The notes beneath the pieces were generated by a model, which saw nothing but the letters and a program-made list of their open reading frames with translations, was not told where the DNA came from and ran no database searches. From positions 1,198,750 to 1,262,749 of the forward strand of contig JAXLTY010000002.1 in the NCBI GenBank assembly GCA_046329815.1: a stretch of 64,000 bases of DNA. The letters run 5' to 3'. The position numbers and the translations under genes were made by a program. Of the stretch, positions 35,732 to 45,065 are shown piece after piece. Numbering within the stretch: position 1 is the stretch's first letter; every line of letters starts with the position of its first letter. Source of the stretch: Chitinophagales bacterium (GTDB taxonomy: Bacteria > Bacteroidota > Bacteroidia > Chitinophagales > JADIYW01).

Positions 35732-36938
35732 TACTATTTTCTTTCAAAGAAGTTGCTTTCAGATTTTCAGCAACAATTTCTGCCATCATATTATAACCTT
35801 TTGGCGTATGATGATGATCGTTATAGTAATAATATTCGTAAATCTTTTTACTATTATCAGGAATGATTTTTTTATAATCTGGCGTTAAATCCACAAATGG
35901 CATTTTACTATTACTTAAGCTATCTTTCAATGCATCTGAAAAAACATAATGATATCTTGTCGTATTTATTTCCGGAAGCAATGGTAAATAAACAACTAAA
36001 AAATGTGTATTATTTTTCAATAAATCCTGTTGGAAAGCATTAAGATGCTGCATCATTTTATTGATTTCTACAGTTCGTTTTTTTGCATTACTTTTAGATG
36101 TATTTTGCAGTATCATATTTTTCATCAACAAACCATTATCCAATATTCTATAAATATGGCTGATAGCTAAGAAATATTCTTTAATTGGCATTTTCCCTTG
36201 ATTGGAAGCAATTTCAAACTCAGCAATATCACAAATATTAACTTCCATAATCACTAAGTCTGCATTCCATTTTTTCAAAACATTTTTGTATAATGTAGTT
36301 TCAAACATAGGATTGCTGCCGCATTTTCCACCATTTATAATTGTTACTTTTTTTACAGTATTATCCAGTTTCGCTTGTAATAACTTTGGGAAAGTAGAAT
36401 CTTCTCCGGCGCCAAAACCTTCCATAAATGAATCGCCTAAAGTAACGATCCTGAATTCGGTACTATCTTTTTTTAAAGTCGGCAACTCGCCTCTTAATCC
36501 AATTGAATTATATTTTACAGGTATTTTAAAATCCATTGTTTCATAAAAAAATTCCTGATATGGCTTTGCACCATTTTCCCAATTATTCACCGGTGGCTTT
36601 AAACCAATCAGCGTAAAAACCTTAACCTGCTTGTCACGCATATATTCTGAAAAATAAACACCGCGTTCATTTTCCATATAATTATTCATTTTCTTAAATA
36701 CAAATGTGAACGCAAATTCTGACAAAACAAGCAAAGAAAGTAAGATCATTAAATTGTACTTAATAATCGTAGTGATTTTTTTATTCTTAATAAATCGGAG
36801 AAAAAATACTGCAACAAAATAAACAAGCAAATAAAATAAAACTGTAGTAGTAAAAAATGAAATACCGTAAGAATACAATATTAAGAAGTGTATTGTGTAA
36901 ATTAAGACAAGCACCAATGTATATAATTTATTAAACAT
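35718..36938 (-). CDS. Membrane-anchored SGNH/GDSL hydrolase or acyltransferase
   Basis: Has N-terminal TM helices and blocks IVTLGDSFMEGFG (I), NGGKCGSNP (II) and NDHHHTPKGY (V). Met24 at 36938 is preferred because it removes the 61-nt overlap with the upstream gene. Confidence 0.55.
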   Translation of the reverse strand: MFNKLYTLVLVLIYTIHFLILYSYGISFFTTTVLFYLLVYFVAVFFLRFIKNKKITTIIKYNLMILLSLLVLSEFAFTFVFKKMNNYMENERGVYFSEYMRDKQVKVFTLIGLKPPVNNWENGAKPYQEFFYETMDFKIPVKYNSIGLRGELPTLKKDSTEFRIVTLGDSFMEGFGAGEDSTFPKLLQAKLDNTVKKVTIINGGKCGSNPMFETTLYKNVLKKWNADLVIMEVNICDIAEFEIASNQGKMPIKEYFLAISHIYRILDNGLLMKNMILQNTSKSNAKKRTVEINKMMQHLNAFQQDLLKNNTHFLVVYLPLLPEINTTRYHYVFSDALKDSLSNSKMPFVDLTPDYKKIIPDNSKKIYEYYYYNDHHHTPKGYNMMAEIVAENLKATSLKENSIKIY

Positions 36939-36946
36939 ATAAACAC

Positions 36947-37966
36947 TTAAATACCAGAAACAAATAACTTCAATACTTCTACGCAAACAGAAGTAGTAAT
37001 AACACAATTAACATCATACGCTTGCCAGATATCATTCTTGTCATCGTGAAATTGCCAAATAACCTGGTTTGAATTCCAACTTCCATTTTTTGAAAGATTA
37101 GCAACTATAAAACTAATTCCTTTCTGAATAGCATCACTATTCTTTTTATCTAAGCATAGCGTTTTCAAAGCCAATGCTGTTGAATATACATCTTCATTTT
37201 TACTCCAGGAACCATTACTATTTTGTTCCTGCTTAACATATGACATGCCTTTTTCATAACAGGTATGTAATAGTTTTTTTTTATGCAGCAAACTCATAAA
37301 CTGAAATATAGAATAATACTGATCAGGATAAAAAAAAGAACTCCAACTTCCGTCTTGTTGCTGCGATGCTTTAATTAACTGTTCACTAATTAAGTGTTCA
37401 TTATTACTATCTAATAAAACGTGATAAATATTTGCATTTACTTCAGGATGTATTTGTAAATTATTTTGAGAAGAAGGAACTGTCTCCATTTTCTTTCCTT
37501 TCATATCAGTTATAAATGTAACAAATGCAGGAAAATAGACATCATTATATCTGCATATCCGCTTGTAATTCGTTAGCACATCATTAGATCGATATATATC
37601 CAGAGCTCTCAATGTTCTTAAAGCAAAAGCCGTATCATCAGCATCTACAAAAAACGGATTATTACCGGTTTCGTTATAGTAACCTCTTGGTGAGTAGCCC
37701 CATTGTCCGTTATATTCTTCTGAAAGAATTCTCATCAAAATGATAGTGCGCTCCATTTCATTCAAATCATCTGATAGCGCATCAACAATATGAAAAGCTG
37801 AAAATAAATGTCCTTTATCATGTGAAAATTTAGGATTGCCATCTTTTCCAAGACACGAAAGACCATAATTACCTGACAATAATTGTTTGCGAATAAAATC
37901 TGTTCCTGATCTGATCGCACTTAAAATATTTTCTTTTTCCGTATCGCTCATCATTTGGTTAAACAC
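36947..37966 (-). CDS. Prenyltransferase/squalene-cyclase-repeat (alpha/alpha toroid) protein with a DxDDTA motif
   Basis: Shows repeated QW-like motifs (NGQWGYSP, DGSWSSFF, NGSWSKNE, NGSWNSNQ) and FFVDADDTAFALRTL. Confidence 0.5.
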   Translation of the reverse strand: MFNQMMSDTEKENILSAIRSGTDFIRKQLLSGNYGLSCLGKDGNPKFSHDKGHLFSAFHIVDALSDDLNEMERTIILMRILSEEYNGQWGYSPRGYYNETGNNPFFVDADDTAFALRTLRALDIYRSNDVLTNYKRICRYNDVYFPAFVTFITDMKGKKMETVPSSQNNLQIHPEVNANIYHVLLDSNNEHLISEQLIKASQQQDGSWSSFFYPDQYYSIFQFMSLLHKKKLLHTCYEKGMSYVKQEQNSNGSWSKNEDVYSTALALKTLCLDKKNSDAIQKGISFIVANLSKNGSWNSNQVIWQFHDDKNDIWQAYDVNCVITTSVCVEVLKLFVSGI

Positions 37967-38065
37967 TTGTAAATATAGTATTATTTCATCTTTAGAATAA
38001 TTATAAAAAATCCTGACCAGCTTATAAACTTACCAATCAGGAATACAAAAGATAATTATCGAATT

Positions 38066-38419
38066 TTAATAAAAGAATTGCTCTGAAATGATTTTACAAT
38101 CTCTTACACCATACAAACCAATTTCTTCCATATTGGTTCTTGGTCCGCCTTTTGGTGTAAAATCCATAGTCATGTAAGTTGTAAAGTAATTTCCGGCAAC
38201 TACTGGTTTTTCTGTAGTGCCGCCATGCATTTCTGCTATAGATTCATTCCATTTCTTTCCTTTCTCGTGAATCGCAGCCATACCATGAGCATCCGGCCAA
38301 TCAGAACCAGGTGCTTCTTTGCTCACGCAATCATTGCTGTATAATTCAGCATAAATTTTATCAAAAGCACCTTGCTGCATATACTCGTAAAATTTGTCGG
38401 CTACTTGTTGTGTTGTCAT
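38066..38419 (-). CDS. SnoaL-like/NTF2-fold protein
   Basis: About 117 aa from MTTQQVADKFYEYMQQGAFDKIYAELYS..., a typical SnoaL-like N-terminal helix and cone pattern. The internal Met is preferred over the track start at 38476. Confidence 0.4.
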   Translation of the reverse strand: MTTQQVADKFYEYMQQGAFDKIYAELYSNDCVSKEAPGSDWPDAHGMAAIHEKGKKWNESIAEMHGGTTEKPVVAGNYFTTYMTMDFTPKGGPRTNMEEIGLYGVRDCKIISEQFFY

Positions 38420-38603
38420 ACTGTTTTTTTTAAAAGAGTGAATTATAAAGTTATTCAAAAAAACGAATACTATCAATCTTTGTTTTTACGATTATATTTT
38501 AAAAATTAACACATATAATTGTTAAATCAATTTAATAACATTGATTTAATTTATTTTCTGAATATTACAATTAAGTTTAAAAGTACAACTAAATTTAACG
38601 GTT

Positions 38604-41600
38604 ATGAAGAAGGTTTTATTTAGTATAGTATTTTGCTATACATGCAGTATTTTATTTGCTCAACAGACAATTGCTACTTTGACAGCAAGCGATGCTGAAA
38701 AAGAAATTTACCTGAAAGATTGGGACATCGACATCAAGATAGCTGGCAATATTGCTGTCACTACTCAAAAGCTGGTTTTTCATAATCCGAATGACAGAGT
38801 TTTGGAAGGCGAATTTAATTTTCCGTTGAATTATGGACAAACGGTATCACGATTTGCGATGGATTTTAATGGCGTACTTCGCGAAGGCAGTATCGTTGAT
38901 AAAGAAAAAGGCAGAAAAACTTTTGAAAGAATAGTACGACAAAACGTAGATCCTGGCTTACTGGAAATGACCAAAGGAAATAATTTCAGAGCAAGAGTTT
39001 ATCCGATTCCGGCAAAAGGAACAAAAACAATTGTTGTTGCTTACGAACAGGAATTGCCAATACTTTCAGGAAGTGCTTCTTATTTTCTTCCTTTAGATTT
39101 GAAAGACTCTATACCATTCTTTCATTTGAAAGTAAATGTGATAAAAAACGAGATACAACCAAAATGGATTGAGAACAGTATTACCAATCTTACATTTGAT
39201 AAAATAGAAGAAAGTTTTATTGCCGAAAAGAAAATAGAAAACTTCAAAGCAACATCCAATTTATCGTTTGATATACCTATTGAAAATACTGCTGTAAATT
39301 TTGTACAAACGACAAAGTCTGAAAGTTATTTTTATGCTTATCAGAATTACACCGCAACACTATATGCCAGAAAACCTGCTAAAACATTAGTAATATTATA
39401 TGACGTTTCCAGTTCCAGGCAAAATGCAGACCGAGTTAAAGAAATAATTTTCCTTACTGATTATTTACAGCATTTAAAAAATGTAACAGTAGAATTGATA
39501 CCATTTAGCAATGCTGTTCATACTACTGAAAAATATATTATCCAGAATGGAAATTCATCAGCACTGATTAAACAACTTACAAAACAAACATTTGATGGCG
39601 GAACACAATATGGAAATATTCATTTATCAGATTATAATTATGCTGATGAAGTGCTTTTATTTACGGATGGTATCAGCAATTTTGGTAAGCAAAAATTTAC
39701 AGAAGAAAATTTCAAGAAGCCATTATTTGTCATTAATTCATCATCTGTTTCCAATCATGATTATTTACATAATCTTGCAAAAAGAAATAACGGAACATAC
39801 ATTCAATTATTGAATTGCACCATGCAAGATGCTACTAATAAGATAACCATAACCTATCCAAAAATAATAAATATAGAATGCATCGACGGAAACGTAAAAG
39901 AAATTTATCCAAAAACACCTGTCAATATCTATAACGGCATCAGTATAACCGGTATTTTAAAAAGTGCATCTGCTAAATTAAAAGTATCGATCAATACCGG
40001 TGACAGCATAGAACAAAAGATCATTACCATAACTAATGATAAAAAGAATACCGAATTTGTTCAGCGTCTCTGGGCAAATAAAAAGATTGCGGATTTAATG
40101 TCAGATCCTGAAAAAAATGAATCTTTAATTAAAGAAACCGGTTTAAAATACAGTATAGTTACGCCAAGTACATCACTAATTGTGCTAGACAATATTGATG
40201 ACTACATTCGTTATGAAATTGCACCGCCTGCAGAAATGCAAAAGGAATATTTGGAAAGATTAGCAGAAAAAAAAGAAGAAGACAAAGAAACCAGAGAAGA
40301 AGACAAAGAAGAATTAAAAGACCAAATAGATGTTGCTTATGAAGATATGCAAGACAGAATTGATTGGTGGAACACGTCATTTCCTAAAAAAGAAAAGAAA
40401 GTAAAACCTAAAAAACCAGTTACAACTACAACATCCAATACTTCAACAAGCGCATCCAACAATACAGCTAACAACACAACACCGGTTGTCAATAATTCTG
40501 TTTCGCAAAAACCTGTAACAATTATTACTGACAGTATGAAACACGATACAGTTCACTTCAGATACATCAGTGGTGTAGTGAAAGACAAAAAAAATGGTGA
40601 ACCATTGATTGGTGTAAATGTAACAGGCAAAGGAACAACTCTTGGAACTGTGACTGACATTGACGGAAAGTATGAACTGCTGTTGCCAAAAGATGTCACA
40701 ACGCTTGTTTTTATGTATATCGGTTATGCTAATCTTGAAAAACCAATCATATCGTTGGTAATAAATGCATTATTAGAAGAAGAAAGCAGTAGATTAGATG
40801 AACTTGTAGTGACCTCTAGCAGAAGCGGTAGAATACCAACTTATTCTATTCAATCTATCAATATAGAAGAAATAAATAGCATTGGCACATCAAATTATTT
40901 TTCTGCTATACAAGCAAAAACGCCCGGCGTACGAATAAATATTGCTGCACCAGGCGCATCAACCAGAATAGTAGTTTCAGAATCTTTGGCTAAGAATGAA
41001 AACGCAAAAATAATTATAGATGGTATTGTTGTTAATGATGGTAAACAACTAAATCCTGCGTTTGCAAACAACAAGAACATTATAGATCCTGATGACATAA
41101 AAGATATAAAAGTAATTAAAGACAGTAACACTATACTAATTACAACTAACACAAAAGCTATAAAAGCTATCGACACCACAACTAACTACATTCTGGATTC
41201 TGATATTCAATTGCAAAATTTCATGTCTAAATTAAAAGCGGAATCATCCGAAAATCAATACGCACTCTATTTAAAAACTAAAAAAGACAATCCGACTAAT
41301 TTTGCTTTTTATATAGACGTTGCCAATTACTTCTATACTACTGACCGCAAAGATAAAGCTATACAGATCTTATCTAACATTGCTGAGATCGACCTGGAAA
41401 ATCATGAACTGATGCGTGCGATGGCGTACGTTTTAGAATCATGGAAAGAGATAGATTTGGCATTAGATGCTTACACGGAAATTCTTAAAATAAAAGGCGA
41501 AGAACCGCAAAGTCATCGTGATTATGCATTAGCATTAGCAGAAAAAGGCGATTATCAGCAAGCTGTCAATCTGTTATATGATATCCTGAATAAAACGTGG

Positions 41601-42119
41601 GAAGACAGTGAAGATCGTTTCGAAGGTATTGAAGGCGTTATCATTAATGAAATTAACCAGATCATTGCAGCATCTGATAAACATATCAATACTTCAAAAA
41701 TTCAGAAACGCTTTTTGAAAAAAATGCCGGTTGATATGCGTGTTATTATTGACTGGAATAAAGATGAAACCGATATAGACTTACATGTTACGGAGCCAAA
41801 CGGCGAAGAATGTTTTTATGAAAATAATGAAACCGAAAATGGCGGCAGAATTTCAAATGATTTTACAGAAGGTTATGGTCCGGAAGAATACCAAATTAAA
41901 AAAGCTAAGAAAGGAAAATACGAAATCATGATCGACTACTACAATGATAATTTACAAACGATCAAGACGCCGTGTATAGTAAAAGTTACTACATTCAAAA
42001 ACTATCAAAGCAAAAAACCGGTAATAGAAACTAAAATAATGCGCATCGAAGATGATAATGCTGATGAAAATACAAACGATGGCAAAGATGATATTAAAGT
42101 AGGTACCTTAATTTTTTAA
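38604..42119 (+). CDS. Large secreted VIT - vWA - CarboxypepD_reg-like - TPR - DUF2135 protein
   Basis: Domain order: signal peptide, then a VIT-like N-terminus, then the vWA MIDAS motif (LYDVSSSR ... DGGTQYG ... LLFTDGISN). Next come a K/E-rich and T/N/S-rich linker, a CarboxypepD_reg-like block (ISGVVKDKKNGEPLIGVNVTGKG...FMYIGY) and TPR-like helices. The C-terminus reads DIDLHVTEPNGEECFY...GGRISNDFTEGYGPEEY (YfaP/DUF2135-like). Confidence 0.65.
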   Translation: MKKVLFSIVFCYTCSILFAQQTIATLTASDAEKEIYLKDWDIDIKIAGNIAVTTQKLVFHNPNDRVLEGEFNFPLNYGQTVSRFAMDFNGVLREGSIVDKEKGRKTFERIVRQNVDPGLLEMTKGNNFRARVYPIPAKGTKTIVVAYEQELPILSGSASYFLPLDLKDSIPFFHLKVNVIKNEIQPKWIENSITNLTFDKIEESFIAEKKIENFKATSNLSFDIPIENTAVNFVQTTKSESYFYAYQNYTATLYARKPAKTLVILYDVSSSRQNADRVKEIIFLTDYLQHLKNVTVELIPFSNAVHTTEKYIIQNGNSSALIKQLTKQTFDGGTQYGNIHLSDYNYADEVLLFTDGISNFGKQKFTEENFKKPLFVINSSSVSNHDYLHNLAKRNNGTYIQLLNCTMQDATNKITITYPKIINIECIDGNVKEIYPKTPVNIYNGISITGILKSASAKLKVSINTGDSIEQKIITITNDKKNTEFVQRLWANKKIADLMSDPEKNESLIKETGLKYSIVTPSTSLIVLDNIDDYIRYEIAPPAEMQKEYLERLAEKKEEDKETREEDKEELKDQIDVAYEDMQDRIDWWNTSFPKKEKKVKPKKPVTTTTSNTSTSASNNTANNTTPVVNNSVSQKPVTIITDSMKHDTVHFRYISGVVKDKKNGEPLIGVNVTGKGTTLGTVTDIDGKYELLLPKDVTTLVFMYIGYANLEKPIISLVINALLEEESSRLDELVVTSSRSGRIPTYSIQSINIEEINSIGTSNYFSAIQAKTPGVRINIAAPGASTRIVVSESLAKNENAKIIIDGIVVNDGKQLNPAFANNKNIIDPDDIKDIKVIKDSNTILITTNTKAIKAIDTTTNYILDSDIQLQNFMSKLKAESSENQYALYLKTKKDNPTNFAFYIDVANYFYTTDRKDKAIQILSNIAEIDLENHELMRAMAYVLESWKEIDLALDAYTEILKIKGEEPQSHRDYALALAEKGDYQQAVNLLYDILNKTWEDSEDRFEGIEGVIINEINQIIAASDKHINTSKIQKRFLKKMPVDMRVIIDWNKDETDIDLHVTEPNGEECFYENNETENGGRISNDFTEGYGPEEYQIKKAKKGKYEIMIDYYNDNLQTIKTPCIVKVTTFKNYQSKKPVIETKIMRIEDDNADENTNDGKDDIKVGTLIF

Positions 42120-42239
42120 TAGTAAAATCAACGAATTCTAAACCAAACAAACCACATACTAACTAATTACATTGAAATTTTGATTTTCGTTCTAAGTTTG
42201 AATTGTAAAAAATATACAGCTAAAATTAAAAACAAAACA

Positions 42240-42833
42240 ATGAAAACAACAACTTCAAACTTCATCTACGCAATCTTATTCGTATTAATTGCAGCATTAC
42301 CAATGGCTTGTAAGAAAGCAGAAAGCAACGATCCAAACATTGACGACAGAACAATCAACAAAACCATCAACGCAGTAGTTGCAGGTTCCGGTTTCGGCTA
42401 CACTGATTCTTTAGATATCGACAACGATGGATTCATCGACTTTAAATTCCAATGTACCGGAAACGATTCAACTCAGGTACTTATATTAGTCACTAAGAAC
42501 GCTAATATATTAACCGAAAATGTGAATGTCAATGGCGATGTAATACCAACGAATAAAACCATATCTTCTGGCGATGTATTAGATGCTAGTTCATTAACTT
42601 GGGTAAACGCTGCTTATATTTCTTTTAAGTCCATAGAAGTTGGAAATAGTTTTGATGGCGGAATTCACGGCAAAGGCGATAAATTCTTTGGTTTCCAGCT
42701 AAATAAATCTGCTGGTAATTATTTATACGCATGGGTGAAAGTAAACTTAAGCGACGACCACAAAACATTGACTATTAAAGAAGTTGCCGTGCAAAAGGTA
42801 ATCAACAAAGCAATTAAAGTCGGCGAAAAATAA
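42240..42833 (+). CDS. Hypothetical lipoprotein
   Basis: The lipobox is ALPMAC|KK. ATG at 42240 is preferred over the upstream TTG at 42180. Confidence 0.45.
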   Translation: MKTTTSNFIYAILFVLIAALPMACKKAESNDPNIDDRTINKTINAVVAGSGFGYTDSLDIDNDGFIDFKFQCTGNDSTQVLILVTKNANILTENVNVNGDVIPTNKTISSGDVLDASSLTWVNAAYISFKSIEVGNSFDGGIHGKGDKFFGFQLNKSAGNYLYAWVKVNLSDDHKTLTIKEVAVQKVINKAIKVGEK

Positions 42834-42855
42834 ATCATAAATCTTATTAAACTAA

Positions 42856-42881
42856 AAGCGCGCAACTTTCGTTGCGCGCTT
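42856..42881. terminator. Bidirectional rho-independent terminator
   Basis: aagcgcgcaac-tttc-gttgcgcgctt is a GC-rich 11-bp stem with T/A runs on both sides. It lies between convergent genes. Confidence 0.65.
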
Positions 42882-42917
42882 CTTTTATATAGATGCTGAA
42901 ATGAATTCAGCATGACA

Positions 42918-44201
42918 TCAATGAAATTGTTCCGTTTCTGTAGAACCAGCTAATGCTGTAGTAGAAGATTGTCCTTGCTGACAAACTTGCTGAATCGCAT
43001 CGAAGTAACCAGTACCAACAAACGATTGGTGTTTGATTGCCTGGAATCCGGCAGATTCTAAAGCAAATTCTCTTTGTTGTAACTCAGAGTAGCCAGCCAT
43101 GCCACGTTCCATATATGCTTTGCTTAATTCAAACATAACGGTGTTGTTTGCGTGGAAACCAGCTAATGTAATGAATTGGAATTTGTAACCCATTGCCGCT
43201 AAATCTTCACGGAAAGAAGCCATCGCTTTTACATCCATATATTTTGCCCAGTTGAATGATGGTGAACAGTTGTAAGCCAACATTTTGCCCGGATATTGAG
43301 CATGAATACCTTGTGCAAATTCTCTTGCCATACCTAAATCAGGATTTCCTGTTTCCATCCAGATCAAGTCAGCATATGGTGCATACGATAAACCTCTGTC
43401 GATACCTTGCTCTAAACCGTTTTTAACATAGTAAAAACCTTCAGGAGCACGTTTGCCATCAATGATAAATTTCTGGTCACGCGGATCGATATCAGAAGTG
43501 ATTAAGTTGGCAGCTTCAGCATCTGTACGAGCGATTACCAATGTAGATACACCGCAGACATCGGCAGCTAAACGAGCAGCCGATAATTTATTGATAGCTT
43601 CCTGAGTAGGTACTAATACTTTACCGCCTAAGTGACCGCATTTTTTAGCAGAAGCTAATTGGTCTTCCCAGTGTACACCGGCAGCACCAGCTTCAATCAT
43701 TTGTTTCATTAATTCAAAAGCGTTCAGGTTACCACCGAAACCAGCTTCAGCATCAGCAACGATAGGAACCATCCAGTCGCGTGTTGGTTCGCCATCCATA
43801 TATTCGATTTGGTCACGACGCATCAAAGAGTTGTTGATACGTTTAACTACCATAGGAACAGAGTTTGCAGGATACAAAGATTGATCCGGATACATTTCTG
43901 CTGAAAGATTAGCATCAGCAGCTACTTGCCAGCCAGAAAGATAAATAGCTTTCATACCTGCAGTAACTTCCTGAATCGCCTGATTACCATTAAAAGCACC
44001 TAAACCGGCAACCCAGTCATCCGTGTGTAATTTATTCCATAATTTTTCAGCACCATTTTTAGCTAAAGTGTACTCGATTTGCACTGAACCGCTAACATTT
44101 ATTACTTCTTCAGCCGTGTAATCTCTTTTAACGTCTTTCCAACGCGGATTGCTTGCCCAATCTTTTTTCAGAGCATCCGCTCTTTCTTGTTTTGTTGCCA
44201 T
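42918..44201 (-). CDS. aceA: Isocitrate lyase
   Basis: Carries the signature [15 protein letters not shown]. The 427-aa length is typical of ICL, and the C-terminus ends ...TETEQFH. Confidence 0.95.
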   Translation of the reverse strand: MATKQERADALKKDWASNPRWKDVKRDYTAEEVINVSGSVQIEYTLAKNGAEKLWNKLHTDDWVAGLGAFNGNQAIQEVTAGMKAIYLSGWQVAADANLSAEMYPDQSLYPANSVPMVVKRINNSLMRRDQIEYMDGEPTRDWMVPIVADAEAGFGGNLNAFELMKQMIEAGAAGVHWEDQLASAKKCGHLGGKVLVPTQEAINKLSAARLAADVCGVSTLVIARTDAEAANLITSDIDPRDQKFIIDGKRAPEGFYYVKNGLEQGIDRGLSYAPYADLIWMETGNPDLGMAREFAQGIHAQYPGKMLAYNCSPSFNWAKYMDVKAMASFREDLAAMGYKFQFITLAGFHANNTVMFELSKAYMERGMAGYSELQQREFALESAGFQAIKHQSFVGTGYFDAIQQVCQQGQSSTTALAGSTETEQFH

Positions 44202-44249
44202 TTTTTTATTTGATTTGAAATTTGAAAATTATTTAGATTTAAAATTTAT

Positions 44250-45065
44250 TTAGATAGTTGATTTAATATAAACATCGCCAAACGTTGTTGAAGTAAACGC
44301 TTCTGTTTCCACAAACGCTTTCATTTCCGTAGCTGTTTTCCACGTTGGCAAAACATATTCCATCTTCTCACCTACACAATAATTACATTCAATATTTGGA
44401 TTCACGCGCTCCAATTGTTCAATGCATTCTATCACTTTGTTGACAAACTCAGGTACAGTATATTCAAACGAAATTAATTTTATTGGTGTTGACAAACCTT
44501 TCAATACTTCCGGTTCAAAACCTTCTACATCAATTTTGATAAAATCAGGTTTGCCGTATTTAGCGATAAGAATATCTAATGTTGTAATTGGAATGATCTC
44601 TTTTTCATTCCAAGAATAGTTAGCGAACTTTGTATCTTTTAAAGTATCTACCTGTTCTTTGGAAAATGTAGAAAGCGTTGATGCATCTGAAATAAAAAAC
44701 TCCAACTCACCTTCCTGTGCACCTAAACCTTTTGGAACGATGGTGATTGCGTTTCCAAATTTTTCTTCTAATATTTTAATACATTTTTTTTGCGGCTCAA
44801 CTGCAATGACTTTCGCGCCAATTTGCAACACCGGCTCGATGCGATTGCCGACATTCGCGCCAACATCAAAGTATAAACTATCGCGTGTTAAGAATGTAGA
44901 GAAAAACGCGAGGCGTTCTTTTTTCCAAACCGATTCCTGATAGTTATGAACTGCTGTATTTTTTTTATCTACTAAAAACCGGTACAACTTGTCGCCAAGA
45001 AGTTTGTTTGCCAGTGATTTATTTTTAGTAGCTACCATTTTTTGTGTTGATCTATTTTTCTTCAA
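44250..45065 (-). CDS. FkbM-family SAM-dependent methyltransferase
   Basis: Carries FDVGANVGN...VIAVEPQ...ISFEYT, typical of FkbM-type methyltransferases. Confidence 0.65.
   Translation of the reverse strand: MKKNRSTQKMVATKNKSLANKLLGDKLYRFLVDKKNTAVHNYQESVWKKERLAFFSTFLTRDSLYFDVGANVGNRIEPVLQIGAKVIAVEPQKKCIKILEEKFGNAITIVPKGLGAQEGELEFFISDASTLSTFSKEQVDTLKDTKFANYSWNEKEIIPITTLDILIAKYGKPDFIKIDVEGFEPEVLKGLSTPIKLISFEYTVPEFVNKVIECIEQLERVNPNIECNYCVGEKMEYVLPTWKTATEMKAFVETEAFTSTTFGDVYIKSTI

Noticed and set aside
36947-37007. 61-nt overlap between ORFs 35718-37007 and 36947-37966, possibly indicating a fused or frameshifted gene
   Set aside because: An in-frame Met at 36938 (MFNKLYTLVL...) starts the TM anchor and sits 6 nt after the upstream stop. 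The longer ORF is just an upstream extension artefact.
1-38000. Mobile-element boundaries of the island (integrase, transposase, tRNA target, long direct repeats)
   Set aside because: None could be found in the window. The only repeats are the internal gene relic (26107-26216) and the REP-like copies outside the island, so I make no mobile-element call.
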